Assembly: GCA_049598495.1 (NCBI GenBank)
Contig: JBMYNR010000033.1
Location: 1-18,314, forward strand
DNA length: 18,314 nucleotides
Reading direction: 5' to 3'
From: Opitutales bacterium
Lineage (GTDB): Bacteria; Verrucomicrobiota; Verrucomicrobiia; Opitutales; Coraliomargaritaceae
The notes under the pieces were generated by a model, which was not told where the DNA came from, searched no databases, and saw nothing but the letters and a program-made list of their open reading frames with translations. The translations under genes were made by a program, and so were the position numbers. Positions 8,105 through 16,694 of the stretch are shown here, in pieces. Within the stretch, counting starts at the first letter, position 1, and each line of letters starts with the position of its first letter.

Positions 8105-8836
8105 GTGCTTCACCACACCCCAGTCGTCCCCCCCGGTCGATGTCGCACCGGATTCACGCTCATTGAAATGATCGGTGTGCTGGCTATCATTGCCATTCTT
8201 GCCGCGGTCATCACACCCGCCATCGTCAAGTCAATTCGCGAAGCAAAAATCACCTCGACGGTTGGTTCCATACATGCAGCCAAAGTCGCAACGAGTAACT
8301 TTTTTCAACGATACGAGCAGATACCACTGGATGCCGATATCACCACTGTTTACAATTACAAGCTAGATCCCGGAGGGAATCCACCCCCTAGCTACACCCC
8401 GGACGTCGGAAGCTTGGATTTTGGGGATATCCTGGTCTACCAATCTCAGCTCCTCGAGACGGAAAGCTCTCGAATTGGCCGCACAACTGACTCTCTATGC
8501 CATGCAATCTGCAGTCATCAGGTGGGTGATACACTGATCGGCGGGGTGGTTTACTCAGGCTCTGTCAATGGGATGCACTTTAAGTCAGCGGGTGCAGCCG
8601 TTCAAATCGTCTATTATTTCATACCCAATCTAACAACCAAAGAAGCCGCGGGCATCGCCATTCAAATCAATGGCCCATTCAGCCAAGACGCCCTCAGCGA
8701 ACGGGATTTTATTGAAGCAACACTTGCGGGCCAGGGAATCAGTAGTATCGGCGGCTTGGAGGGCGCCGACGTCTGGTTCACCGCAGGAGATAACCCGGGA
8801 GAATACCATGCTTATGCCTACGTCTTTCATCGTTAA
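8105..8836 (+). CDS. Second type IV pilin, full-length paralog of 4387-5100
   Basis: RCRTG|FTLIEMIGVLAIIAILAAVITP. It shares FGDILVYQ, FKSAG, YYF.PNLTT.EAA, NGPF, DFIEA, GGLEGA and GEYHAY blocks with the first pilin. The in-frame GTG at 8105 (7 nt after the upstream stop) is the likely start. Confidence 0.87.
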   Translation: MLHHTPVVPPGRCRTGFTLIEMIGVLAIIAILAAVITPAIVKSIREAKITSTVGSIHAAKVATSNFFQRYEQIPLDADITTVYNYKLDPGGNPPPSYTPDVGSLDFGDILVYQSQLLETESSRIGRTTDSLCHAICSHQVGDTLIGGVVYSGSVNGMHFKSAGAAVQIVYYFIPNLTTKEAAGIAIQINGPFSQDALSERDFIEATLAGQGISSIGGLEGADVWFTAGDNPGEYHAYAYVFHR

Positions 8837-10097
8837 AGAAAATATTCTACCAACGGCTCGCATTCAAAAATCCAAGCGTGCCGGCTTCACTTTACTGGAG
8901 TTAATCGGCGTGATGGTGATTATCAGCATCCTGCTCGCAGTCGCACTCCCGAGCACGATCGATTTGATTCAAGTACAACGCTCGGCCAATGAAGCAGCCG
9001 AACTCCCAAAAATCGCCGAAGCGCTCAAGCGCGGCATGCTACGCGAACAGATTTTTCCTATCTATCAAAATGATGCCAGCGTGTCGACCGATGGCAGTGA
9101 CGCCTACTGGTGGAATCTGGCTGCCCGCCACGGCGGTGGCAGTGCCAATGAACTGCGCTATCCGCTTGGCGTGCGCCCAGGAGCAAACAATACACGAAAG
9201 CTTTACTTTGCGAACACCGCTTGGTCAGGAGACAGTTTCTTCGAGATAGTCAGCGGTAATCAATCGAGTTGGATTGCCGATTTTCAGGATCCATCTGAAT
9301 TACGACTTCTACTGCTCTCCACCACCAGCTCTGATCTGGAACTACCGAATACCCTCAATACCACCCGTTTCAATAGATTCTGGAACGACTGGGCGGTCGG
9401 CAGCGACGGTAATCCCGCCACAGGAAGCTGGAACAGTTACGGCCTCGGAAATGACTGGGCCGGACGTGCCGCTGAATTGAATGTCGAACGCATCGACCTT
9501 CGGGATTGGCTGTGCACGGTGGTCATTGAGAATCGCCGAGCGATTGTGGAGGCGAGCGGGACTCGATTTGATAATAATAATCAACTACTACCAGAAGACC
9601 TAGGAGGCGATTGGGAATCAGGTAGCATTTACGCCTATACAGAGAATCAAAATGGAGCAAAAATTGTTCTTTCGACGACAGAGGGTACTGACGGTAACAC
9701 ACCACCAAATGTTGTTAGCCGCATCGAGGCAGTTACCCTATCCAATCGCGGACGCGTCACCGATGAAACTGAAGCTGCTAATATTGTTATTGGTGGATCA
9801 AAAATAACGACTGACCCTGGCCCTCCTGTTGAGACCACGTCTACTCCTACCATAGTTAAAATCCCATTGAGCTTAACCGACCGCGCCCCGATGGCACTCC
9901 TTAACCCAAATGATTCAACGACCCCTTCGCCGTTGACCGGCTGGAGCAATAACGACGATTATATCCAAAACCGCTACTTTCTGCGCAGTCAGGAATTGCT
10001 GCTTGGCGAGCCTTGGACTCAAACCGAGGTCGGTATTTTCACGATCAGCGAAACTTTCAGCACCTTACGCTTTGACGGACTCGAATGGCAGTATTAA
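8808..10097 (+). CDS. Large minor pilin / pilin-like protein with extended C-terminal domain (~429 aa)
   Basis: KSKRAG|FTLLELIGVMVIISILLAVALP class III signal. The ATG at 8808 is preceded by GGAG (8798-8801). The start is uncertain (8808 or 8814) and overlaps the upstream gene. Confidence 0.82.
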   Translation: MLMPTSFIVKENILPTARIQKSKRAGFTLLELIGVMVIISILLAVALPSTIDLIQVQRSANEAAELPKIAEALKRGMLREQIFPIYQNDASVSTDGSDAYWWNLAARHGGGSANELRYPLGVRPGANNTRKLYFANTAWSGDSFFEIVSGNQSSWIADFQDPSELRLLLLSTTSSDLELPNTLNTTRFNRFWNDWAVGSDGNPATGSWNSYGLGNDWAGRAAELNVERIDLRDWLCTVVIENRRAIVEASGTRFDNNNQLLPEDLGGDWESGSIYAYTENQNGAKIVLSTTEGTDGNTPPNVVSRIEAVTLSNRGRVTDETEAANIVIGGSKITTDPGPPVETTSTPTIVKIPLSLTDRAPMALLNPNDSTTPSPLTGWSNNDDYIQNRYFLRSQELLLGEPWTQTEVGIFTISETFSTLRFDGLEWQY

Positions 10098-10111
10098 CTG
10101 CGTGATCGTAT

Positions 10112-11452
10112 ATGGCACGTAGCACCATCATCTGGAATCACCGCACCCTGCAAATCTGGCGCCTACGAGGCTCCCGTGCAGAACTTCTTCATGAAGCGGA
10201 AGTCGACTCGGTCGATGCAATGATATCGATCTTGGAGAGCGAGGCGAAACGACTCAAAATATCCAAATTACGCGTCTATCTGGATCGTCCTGAACTCGAC
10301 CATCATATCGAGCGGATCCCTGAGATGACCCCGAGGTTGCGACAGCAGCTGTTAAAACAACGCAAAATAAAGCTCTACGGGGATGAGGACCGGGTCTGGG
10401 TCAGCCACGACATGTCCTTAGATCCGGCAGGTGCACAGCATTTCTATTTTATCGGCTCGCTACCCAATCTTATCTCGCATGCCATTGCTGATTGGGCTTT
10501 TGAAAATGCCATCCTTCTGGAAGGTATTTTTAGCCTACCACTGGCCCTCGCCACCGCGACAGAAGCAAAGGTAACAAATGAAGCCTCCATGCGTTTCCAA
10601 GCTCTGGGTCGGGCTGGTTATTTAATCGCACGTAACGAAGCTGGGAAGCTTCTCTTCGTAAGTCGTCTGGACACGCACAGGCCCAGCGAGGAAGCTCTGG
10701 ATGCAAGTGCACGACGCCTCCTCCTCTTCCTGGAACAGGAATTCGCAGTCACACCAAAACTGGTTCAAGGCGAGGAAACAGATGAGTCGCAGGATGCCTT
10801 GATTGTGGCTCAGATGAGTCAAAAGAAGGCAGAGCCCGGACTAAAACTTATTTCAGGATTGGACCGAAATCGACAGAGTCGACAACGCCTTCGGCATCGG
10901 GCTTTCGCCTTACTGAGCATCGGGCTCATCATCACCCTCTACGCCAGCCTACCACTCATGCAGAAAAAGAAGGCCCTGCAGCTGAGCCTGAGTGATCTTA
11001 GCGCACAAATTAAGACGGAAGAGCTTTCCCTACAATTGGTCGAAGAACGCATTGAGAGAATGCAGAAATATAACAAGGTCATCGAATTCAGTGAAGGTCG
11101 CGAAACGATCGATACCGAAGGCCCCATCCCATCACCTCTTCTGGTGATCATGCGGGGTCTGTCGAACGCATTGCCAAATTTTGTCGAGCTGGACAGCTAT
11201 GAAGGCTCAATTGACCTGACGAACGCCACCGCATCCATTACCATGGAGGGACGCCCCTTGACCGCAGATATTAATCTCTCCGAGAGAGTCCAACAAATGC
11301 ACGACGGGCTAAAAAAACAGGGTTGGTTGATCAGCGAACCTGAGCTCAGTTTCGAAAAGAAATCAGGCGGCTCCAGATTTTCTAATCAACGGGGAGAACT
11401 GAGAAAATTCATCCTTCGATTTCAAATCAACGCGAAGGGAGGCGCAAATTAG
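10112..11452 (+). CDS. Bitopic membrane protein, probable PilM-PilN fusion / GspL-like alignment subunit
   Basis: A ~260-aa soluble N-terminal domain, a single TM (AFALLSIGLIITLYASLPLM), a coiled coil, then a PilN-like C-terminal region (LSNALPNFVELDSY...ITMEG). The assignment rests on architecture and operon position. Confidence 0.6.
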   Translation: MARSTIIWNHRTLQIWRLRGSRAELLHEAEVDSVDAMISILESEAKRLKISKLRVYLDRPELDHHIERIPEMTPRLRQQLLKQRKIKLYGDEDRVWVSHDMSLDPAGAQHFYFIGSLPNLISHAIADWAFENAILLEGIFSLPLALATATEAKVTNEASMRFQALGRAGYLIARNEAGKLLFVSRLDTHRPSEEALDASARRLLLFLEQEFAVTPKLVQGEETDESQDALIVAQMSQKKAEPGLKLISGLDRNRQSRQRLRHRAFALLSIGLIITLYASLPLMQKKKALQLSLSDLSAQIKTEELSLQLVEERIERMQKYNKVIEFSEGRETIDTEGPIPSPLLVIMRGLSNALPNFVELDSYEGSIDLTNATASITMEGRPLTADINLSERVQQMHDGLKKQGWLISEPELSFEKKSGGSRFSNQRGELRKFILRFQINAKGGAN

Positions 11453-11454
11453 TC

Positions 11455-12090
11455 ATGAGAAAGCTAGTCTGCCGCAGCTATAATCTAATCGCATCCTACC
11501 CGGTGCTGGCCCTACTTCTGCTCGCGATTGTCACCCTGTTATATCTGGGTCAACAGTATCGACCGATCGAACAAAAAGAACAGCGCGAATTGGCCAGAAG
11601 TATGCAACTCCGGCAAGAACGACAGGCTTTAGAGCAAGAGCTCACCAACGTGGAGATGTCGGACTTGTCGAAACGCTATGCACTCTTCAACGAGAATTTT
11701 CTTTCGGAAGATGATGAGGATCGATCTTCGCTGATTGAAGACATCTCCAGCGCGTTGAAAGCCTATGGTTGGGAGCTTCAGCAACATTCTTTTGAGCCGC
11801 TGGAAGAGCCAGAATCACTGGCCGACACAGATAATAGTGAGGCCATTCAAATCCGAGCCAATTTGCTTCAGCTTGTCGCGACTGCCGATAATCCGGAGAC
11901 CCCACCTGAGGAGCCCTTCCTACCACTCTATTCACTATCCGAGGCGAAAAAATACTTATGGAGCCGTAGTCCGAATAAAGAATATCAGAGAATCAAAATT
12001 GCTCGTAGCGAGACGGGCTTTACAATGGAGGCTACCTTATTCCTGCCCATCGTCGACCCGAACTTTTCAAAACAAACAGTGAGTGAGTAA
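11455..12090 (+). CDS. Membrane-anchored protein, probable PilO/GspM-like subunit
   Basis: N-terminal TM (VLALLLLAIVTLLYLG) followed by a coiled coil; 2 nt downstream of the PilMN-like gene, with GGAGG upstream. Confidence 0.55.
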   Translation: MRKLVCRSYNLIASYPVLALLLLAIVTLLYLGQQYRPIEQKEQRELARSMQLRQERQALEQELTNVEMSDLSKRYALFNENFLSEDDEDRSSLIEDISSALKAYGWELQQHSFEPLEEPESLADTDNSEAIQIRANLLQLVATADNPETPPEEPFLPLYSLSEAKKYLWSRSPNKEYQRIKIARSETGFTMEATLFLPIVDPNFSKQTVSE

Positions 12091-12096
12091 CCCGGG

Positions 12097-12927
12097 ATGC
12101 GTAAATTACTGAACAATCCTGCAGTCGTCCTACCTCTTGCGTGCATCGCACTACTATGGGTCGCCCATAGCTACGGGTTGTCCGACTTTCTTCTGAAGCA
12201 ATTTTTCGGGCAATCGAGTCGAGGAAATACCCTTCCCTTCGAGCAAAAGAACAAATCGAATGCTTCAACAAAAAGTGAAAAGGCAATGGAAACCCTCATT
12301 GCGGATCGTTGGTTGATTTCAGCCTGGGCCCGAGCAAGTGTCGCCAAAAATGAGCCCTTTGTCGCGAATGGCCTGCAATCCGAAGTCGAATTGCCAACCA
12401 TCACTGTCCCCGAGATCAAAGATGAAGAGATGGTCATCGTGGACAAGGAGACATTTGATGCAGCGCTTGTCTCCACGCTTGGTCTGGACCAAGAGGGTTA
12501 CTTCGTTGTATTTGAGAATGTTCTCAATCAACCCATCCGAAAAAGAGTGGGAGACGTGATTTACCTTCAAGGAAGTGGTCCCTTAATGATTCCAACCTTT
12601 GGAATCGCAGAAACCAGAAGGAATCCCGCGGAATTTAAGGCGCAGGCCGCTTCAATTATCGCCGGCTTTAAATTACTGGGTGTCGGCACAGAAAATGTTC
12701 AAGACTCGGGTGTCGCATCGTCTCAAAACACAAATAATATCGCCTTCATCGAAGACGCTGATGGCAACATGGGGATTTTTAAACAGGGTCAGTTGGTTCA
12801 CCGAAATCCCAATCTCGGGCTCGACCAAATCTTCAAGGATGCCGACAGAGACCGTGTTATTCTCATAGATCCATTCGGAAGTGAATATGAACTGATCTCG
12901 CTCACTGAAACTCGGAAGCTAAATTAA
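12097..12927 (+). CDS. Membrane-anchored hypothetical protein, possibly PilP/GspC-like
   Basis: N-terminal hydrophobic segment, a linker and two beta-rich regions (YFVVFENV...KRVGDVI and IAFIED...FKQGQLV) reminiscent of PilP/GspC HR folds. Lies 6 nt after the previous gene. Confidence 0.45.
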   Translation: MRKLLNNPAVVLPLACIALLWVAHSYGLSDFLLKQFFGQSSRGNTLPFEQKNKSNASTKSEKAMETLIADRWLISAWARASVAKNEPFVANGLQSEVELPTITVPEIKDEEMVIVDKETFDAALVSTLGLDQEGYFVVFENVLNQPIRKRVGDVIYLQGSGPLMIPTFGIAETRRNPAEFKAQAASIIAGFKLLGVGTENVQDSGVASSQNTNNIAFIEDADGNMGIFKQGQLVHRNPNLGLDQIFKDADRDRVILIDPFGSEYELISLTETRKLN

Positions 12928-12969
12928 GCATTTTGCCATGCTCCCTCATTGAGATGAACCCCGTATACA

Positions 12970-13950
12970 ATGGAAATATCTCAGCGTGATTCTTTATCCA
13001 GCTGTGACCTGGAGCAACTTGCCAAATTGGCCTGGCGCAACAGTGCCCGCTGTATTGGTCGATTGTTCTGGGAAACACTCGAGCTTCTCGATGCACGCTC
13101 CGCCTCATCCCCGGATGAAGTTTACGAAGCCTGTGTTCAACACCTCATTCATGCGACCAATAAGGGTCGAATCAAATCAGTTATTACCGTATTCGCAGAA
13201 ACAGAACCGGAAGAGCGGGGGATTCGGATCTGGAATACGCAACTGATTCGATACGCAGGCTACCGTGCCGCGGACGGCTCCGTTCTTGGTGATCCGGATC
13301 AGGCGGCCTTTACCGAGCGAGCCATCGAGATGGGCTGGCAGCCACCACGCGAGCGATCTGCCTTTGATCCACTGCCCCTCATCATCGACTTCCCGGGGTA
13401 TTCCCCAAAACTATACCAGCTGCCCCAGGAAGCGATCCTAGAGGTGCCCATCTCCCACCCCGAATTTGAATGGTTTAAAGAACTCGGGCTAAAATGGCAT
13501 GCCGTCCCTGTGATTTCAGACCGGGCATTGGTTGGTGAGGGTCACCGTTTCAATGCAGCACCCTTCAGCGGCTACTATATGGGAACGGAAATTGCCTCGC
13601 GTAATTTTGGAGATGAGAAACGCTACAATATTTTACCTCTCATCGCGGAGCGGATGCAACTCGAGCGCTCGAAGAGAAGCACGCTCTGGAAGGACCGTGC
13701 ACTGGTCGAAATCAATACCGCCGTGCTTCATTCCTTTCGTGAAGCTGGAGTGAGTATCGTCGATCACCACACCGCCTCCGAACAATTCATGCGACATCTG
13801 GCAAACGAAGAGAAATGTGGCCGCGATGTACCGGGTGAATGGCCTTGGTTGGTTCCTCCCATGTCCGGCTCTGCCTGCCCGGTCTTTCACCGTTACTACG
13901 ACAAATCCCGCCCCCTACCGGCATTTATCGACCAAAAGCGTGCCTGGTAA
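12970..13950 (+). CDS. nos: Bacterial nitric oxide synthase, oxygenase domain only
   Basis: Heme-thiolate motif AWRNSARCIGRLFW (Cys28), ATNKGRI, IWNTQLIRYAGY, FDPLPL, APFSGYYMGTEI (substrate Glu207), LWKDRALVE, IVDHHTA, EWPWLVPP and PVFHR. Colinear with the Bacillus-type NOS as I recall it. Confidence 0.96.
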   Translation: MEISQRDSLSSCDLEQLAKLAWRNSARCIGRLFWETLELLDARSASSPDEVYEACVQHLIHATNKGRIKSVITVFAETEPEERGIRIWNTQLIRYAGYRAADGSVLGDPDQAAFTERAIEMGWQPPRERSAFDPLPLIIDFPGYSPKLYQLPQEAILEVPISHPEFEWFKELGLKWHAVPVISDRALVGEGHRFNAAPFSGYYMGTEIASRNFGDEKRYNILPLIAERMQLERSKRSTLWKDRALVEINTAVLHSFREAGVSIVDHHTASEQFMRHLANEEKCGRDVPGEWPWLVPPMSGSACPVFHRYYDKSRPLPAFIDQKRAW

Positions 13951-13983
13951 ACACCCCTGCCGCAGCCGCCCGGAAATCTCCAA

Positions 13984-15156
13984 TCAGGAATTTTTTTCCA
14001 CGAAGCGCTCGATGCGATCGGTTGCTTCGATGATACGGTCATAGCTTGTGGAGAAACTTGCACGGGCAAAACCGGCCCCGCTGGGTCCAAATGCCGTGCC
14101 CGGAACGACGGCAACTTCTTCTTGGTCCAGGAGACCCTTGCAGAAATCAAGCGAGTCGAGACCCGTCGATTCAATCGACGGGAAGGCATAAAAGGAACCT
14201 TTCGGCGAATGGCAGTTAAGGCCGATTTCATTAAAACGACGCACGATCAAATCACGGCGGCGGTGGTAGGCCTCCTTCATTTTGGCCACCGCGGGCGCAC
14301 CGTTTCTCAATGCCTCGATGGCTGCTTCCTGCGAGAGGATCGGCGCGCAGAGCATACTGTATTGATGCACCTTCATCATGGCCTCAATTAGGACCTGCGG
14401 ACCACAGGCATAACCGATACGGAAGCCCGTCATGGCAAAGGCCTTCGAGAACCCATGCAAAAAGATCGTGCGATCCTGCATCCCGGGTAAGGATGCGATA
14501 CTGGTGTGCTCCCCTTCAAAAGTGAGCTCGGAATAAATCTCATCGCTGATCACCAAAAGATCTTTTTCGACAGCAAACTTTGCCAGACGCTCTAATTTGG
14601 CCCGCTCCGTTACCCCGCCCGTTGGATTGGTCGGAAAGTTGAGCAAAAGAACTTTTACACCGGGCTCCCACGCTTCAATGACCCGATCCGGATCGATGCC
14701 GAACTCATCCTCGGCCGAGGTCGCCACAGCGATCGGTTCTGCATAGGCCAGCTTAATACTCGGGCTATAAGAAACGTAGCACGGCTCATGGTAGAGCACC
14801 TTGTCCCCGGGGTTGAGTACGGCACGCAAAGCAATGTCGAGTGCCTCGGAGACACCGACTGCAACTAGAATATCCGTCTCCGGGTGGTAGCTGATACCGA
14901 AATGATCCTCTACGTATTTGCTAATCTCGCGACGTAGTCGAATCAGCCCTAAATTATCCGTGTAACTGGTTTTCCCCTTCTCGAGGGCAAAAATGGCCGC
15001 TTCACGGATATGCCAGGGTGTGACAAAATCCGGTTCGCCGATACCGAGCGAGATGGCCTGTGGCATCGCTGCCACGATAGCGAAGAAATCACGAATACCC
15101 GAACGAGGCAGACCCTTCACGTGATCCGCCACAAATTGTTGACCTTGATCACTCAT
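13984..15156 (-). CDS. PLP-dependent aminotransferase class I/II (AlaT/YugH-like)
   Basis: ISLGIGEPDF, NFPTNPTG, SDEIY, GFSKAFAMTGFRIGY (PLP lysine) and VPGTAFG...RAS motifs. Confidence 0.93.
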   Translation of the reverse strand: MSDQGQQFVADHVKGLPRSGIRDFFAIVAAMPQAISLGIGEPDFVTPWHIREAAIFALEKGKTSYTDNLGLIRLRREISKYVEDHFGISYHPETDILVAVGVSEALDIALRAVLNPGDKVLYHEPCYVSYSPSIKLAYAEPIAVATSAEDEFGIDPDRVIEAWEPGVKVLLLNFPTNPTGGVTERAKLERLAKFAVEKDLLVISDEIYSELTFEGEHTSIASLPGMQDRTIFLHGFSKAFAMTGFRIGYACGPQVLIEAMMKVHQYSMLCAPILSQEAAIEALRNGAPAVAKMKEAYHRRRDLIVRRFNEIGLNCHSPKGSFYAFPSIESTGLDSLDFCKGLLDQEEVAVVPGTAFGPSGAGFARASFSTSYDRIIEATDRIERFVEKNS

Positions 15157-15638
15157 TATGGGCTGACCGCTGGTTTATCATCGCCGTCTGCCGGCGAGAG
15201 CATGAGATGCCCCTGCTCCTTGTAGGCGCGGAGCATGAAGTGCGTGGCCGTCGAAAGGACTCCTTCGACACTGGCGAGCCGCTCCGATACAAATGAAGCA
15301 ACCTCACGTAGGTCATCACCTGTAGCAAAAACAAGGAGATCGTAGGACCCGGACATAAGATAGCAGGACTCCACCGCATCAAATTGAGCAATCCGCGCTG
15401 CGAGACGATCAAATCCACCATCGCGCTCGGGCGTGATTCGCACCTCAATGACGGCACGGACGATACCGTCTTGCGCCTTCTCCGGATTCAATACGGGACG
15501 CCATCCAAGAAGAATATTCTCGGCCTTGAGGCGTGAAAGCTCGGCCTCAATCTCAGTCTCGGACAAGCCGAGCACCTGCGCCATTTGGGCAGTATCCAGG
15601 CGCTCGCCTTCCAGAAGCAGTCTTAGAACGGTTGTCAT
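15156..15638 (-). CDS. Lrp/AsnC-family transcriptional regulator (AlaR/YugG-like)
   Basis: N-terminal HTH and C-terminal RAM domain (VESCYLMSGSYDLLV, VLSTATHF). ATG at 15638 gives 160 aa. The TAATG stop/start overlap couples it to the aminotransferase. Confidence 0.9.
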   Translation of the reverse strand: MTTVLRLLLEGERLDTAQMAQVLGLSETEIEAELSRLKAENILLGWRPVLNPEKAQDGIVRAVIEVRITPERDGGFDRLAARIAQFDAVESCYLMSGSYDLLVFATGDDLREVASFVSERLASVEGVLSTATHFMLRAYKEQGHLMLSPADGDDKPAVSP

Positions 15639-15803
15639 AACGGTGCTAGTAAAGGTGGAGTTTTCCCAAAAGGCAAAAGACAAAAGATACAATTTTCGGC
15701 ACGAGCCTAGGGCACATTGCATTTCGTTAGAACTTCCGGCGAGAGCCGTTTCGAGAGCCGCGCAAGGCGTCCAGCCAGTAATTCTACCTAAATGCGATCG
15801 GCT

Positions 15804-16694
15804 CTAGGCTCGAATGAAATCTTTAATTTCCCGCAGTGCCGCGTAGTCGGCATCTTCTAGAATATAATGACCACAATCCTTATACAGACGAACCTCTGCC
15901 TCCGGGAAGATCGTTTTCCAGCGCTTTAAAAAATGGAGGTTAAAGCAAAAGTCCTTACCACCCCAAACCAGTTGCACGGGCTTAAGTTTCAACCGCTCGA
16001 GCCCACTTTCGACATCAAGCAACTCAGCATAGGATCGGTGCGATGCATTCAAGGGGATGTCTTTGACAAAGTTCCAGACCGCGACACGGTCACCCCAGGA
16101 TCGATAGGGCCAGAGGAAGCCACGCCTAACCACCGGTGACAGAGGCACTTTAACGGCCATATTGACCGCGGGCCCGGCAAACCCGTTGAGCGCACGAATA
16201 ATAAATTCGCCCAGAAATGGCAGTTTGATCGCCGCAATTCGCAACGGTATCCGCTTTGAACGAAAGGCTGCAGTATTTAGCAAAACGAGCTTTTCCAGCG
16301 CCTCAGGGCGACGGCCCGCAAGGCCACATCCGATGGCCCCACCCCAATCATGCACCACCAAACTGAAACTCGATATGTCCAAATAATCGATCAGCCTTTG
16401 CACATCATCGATGCGTCGTTTCAAGCCATAATCATAGTCCTTTGGTTTGTCGGAAAGACCACAACCGACATGGTCCGGCACGATACAACGGTAGCCCGCT
16501 GACACCAGTTCATTGACTAGATTTCGATAATAGAACGACCAGGTCGGATTGCCGTGCAATAGCAACACAACCGGCCCCTGCCCCTCATCGAGATAGTGCA
16601 TCTGCACGCCTCCGGGCTGCTCAAAAAGATTGCCGGCGTAAGGGTATTCCAGCCGAATATCCGGCGGTAATTGACTGGCTCGTGATCGAATCAT
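15804..16694 (-). CDS. oleB: OleB-like beta-lactone decarboxylase (haloalkane-dehalogenase-like alpha/beta hydrolase)
   Basis: HGNPTWSFYYR, PDHVGCGLSDKP, HDWGG (Asp nucleophile), WGGKDFCF and CGHYILED. ATGA overlap with the oleA stop (16691-16694); alternative start at 16706. Confidence 0.82.
   Translation of the reverse strand: MIRSRASQLPPDIRLEYPYAGNLFEQPGGVQMHYLDEGQGPVVLLLHGNPTWSFYYRNLVNELVSAGYRCIVPDHVGCGLSDKPKDYDYGLKRRIDDVQRLIDYLDISSFSLVVHDWGGAIGCGLAGRRPEALEKLVLLNTAAFRSKRIPLRIAAIKLPFLGEFIIRALNGFAGPAVNMAVKVPLSPVVRRGFLWPYRSWGDRVAVWNFVKDIPLNASHRSYAELLDVESGLERLKLKPVQLVWGGKDFCFNLHFLKRWKTIFPEAEVRLYKDCGHYILEDADYAALREIKDFIRA

Noticed and set aside
8128..8134. C7 tract in the leader of the second pilin as a phase-variation switch
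   Set aside because: Seven bases is short for a contingency locus in GC-rich DNA, the frame is intact, and there is no evidence of variation.
8670..8807. ORF-track start of the large pilin at 8670
   Set aside because: It would overlap the second pilin by 167 nt; the ATG at 8808 has an SD and gives a plausible leader.
15635..15732. Minus-strand TTCTAAC...GTTATGA as an attC site
   Set aside because: The L boxes do not pair and the R boxes are not complementary; the region is simply the Lrp gene's upstream/promoter sequence.
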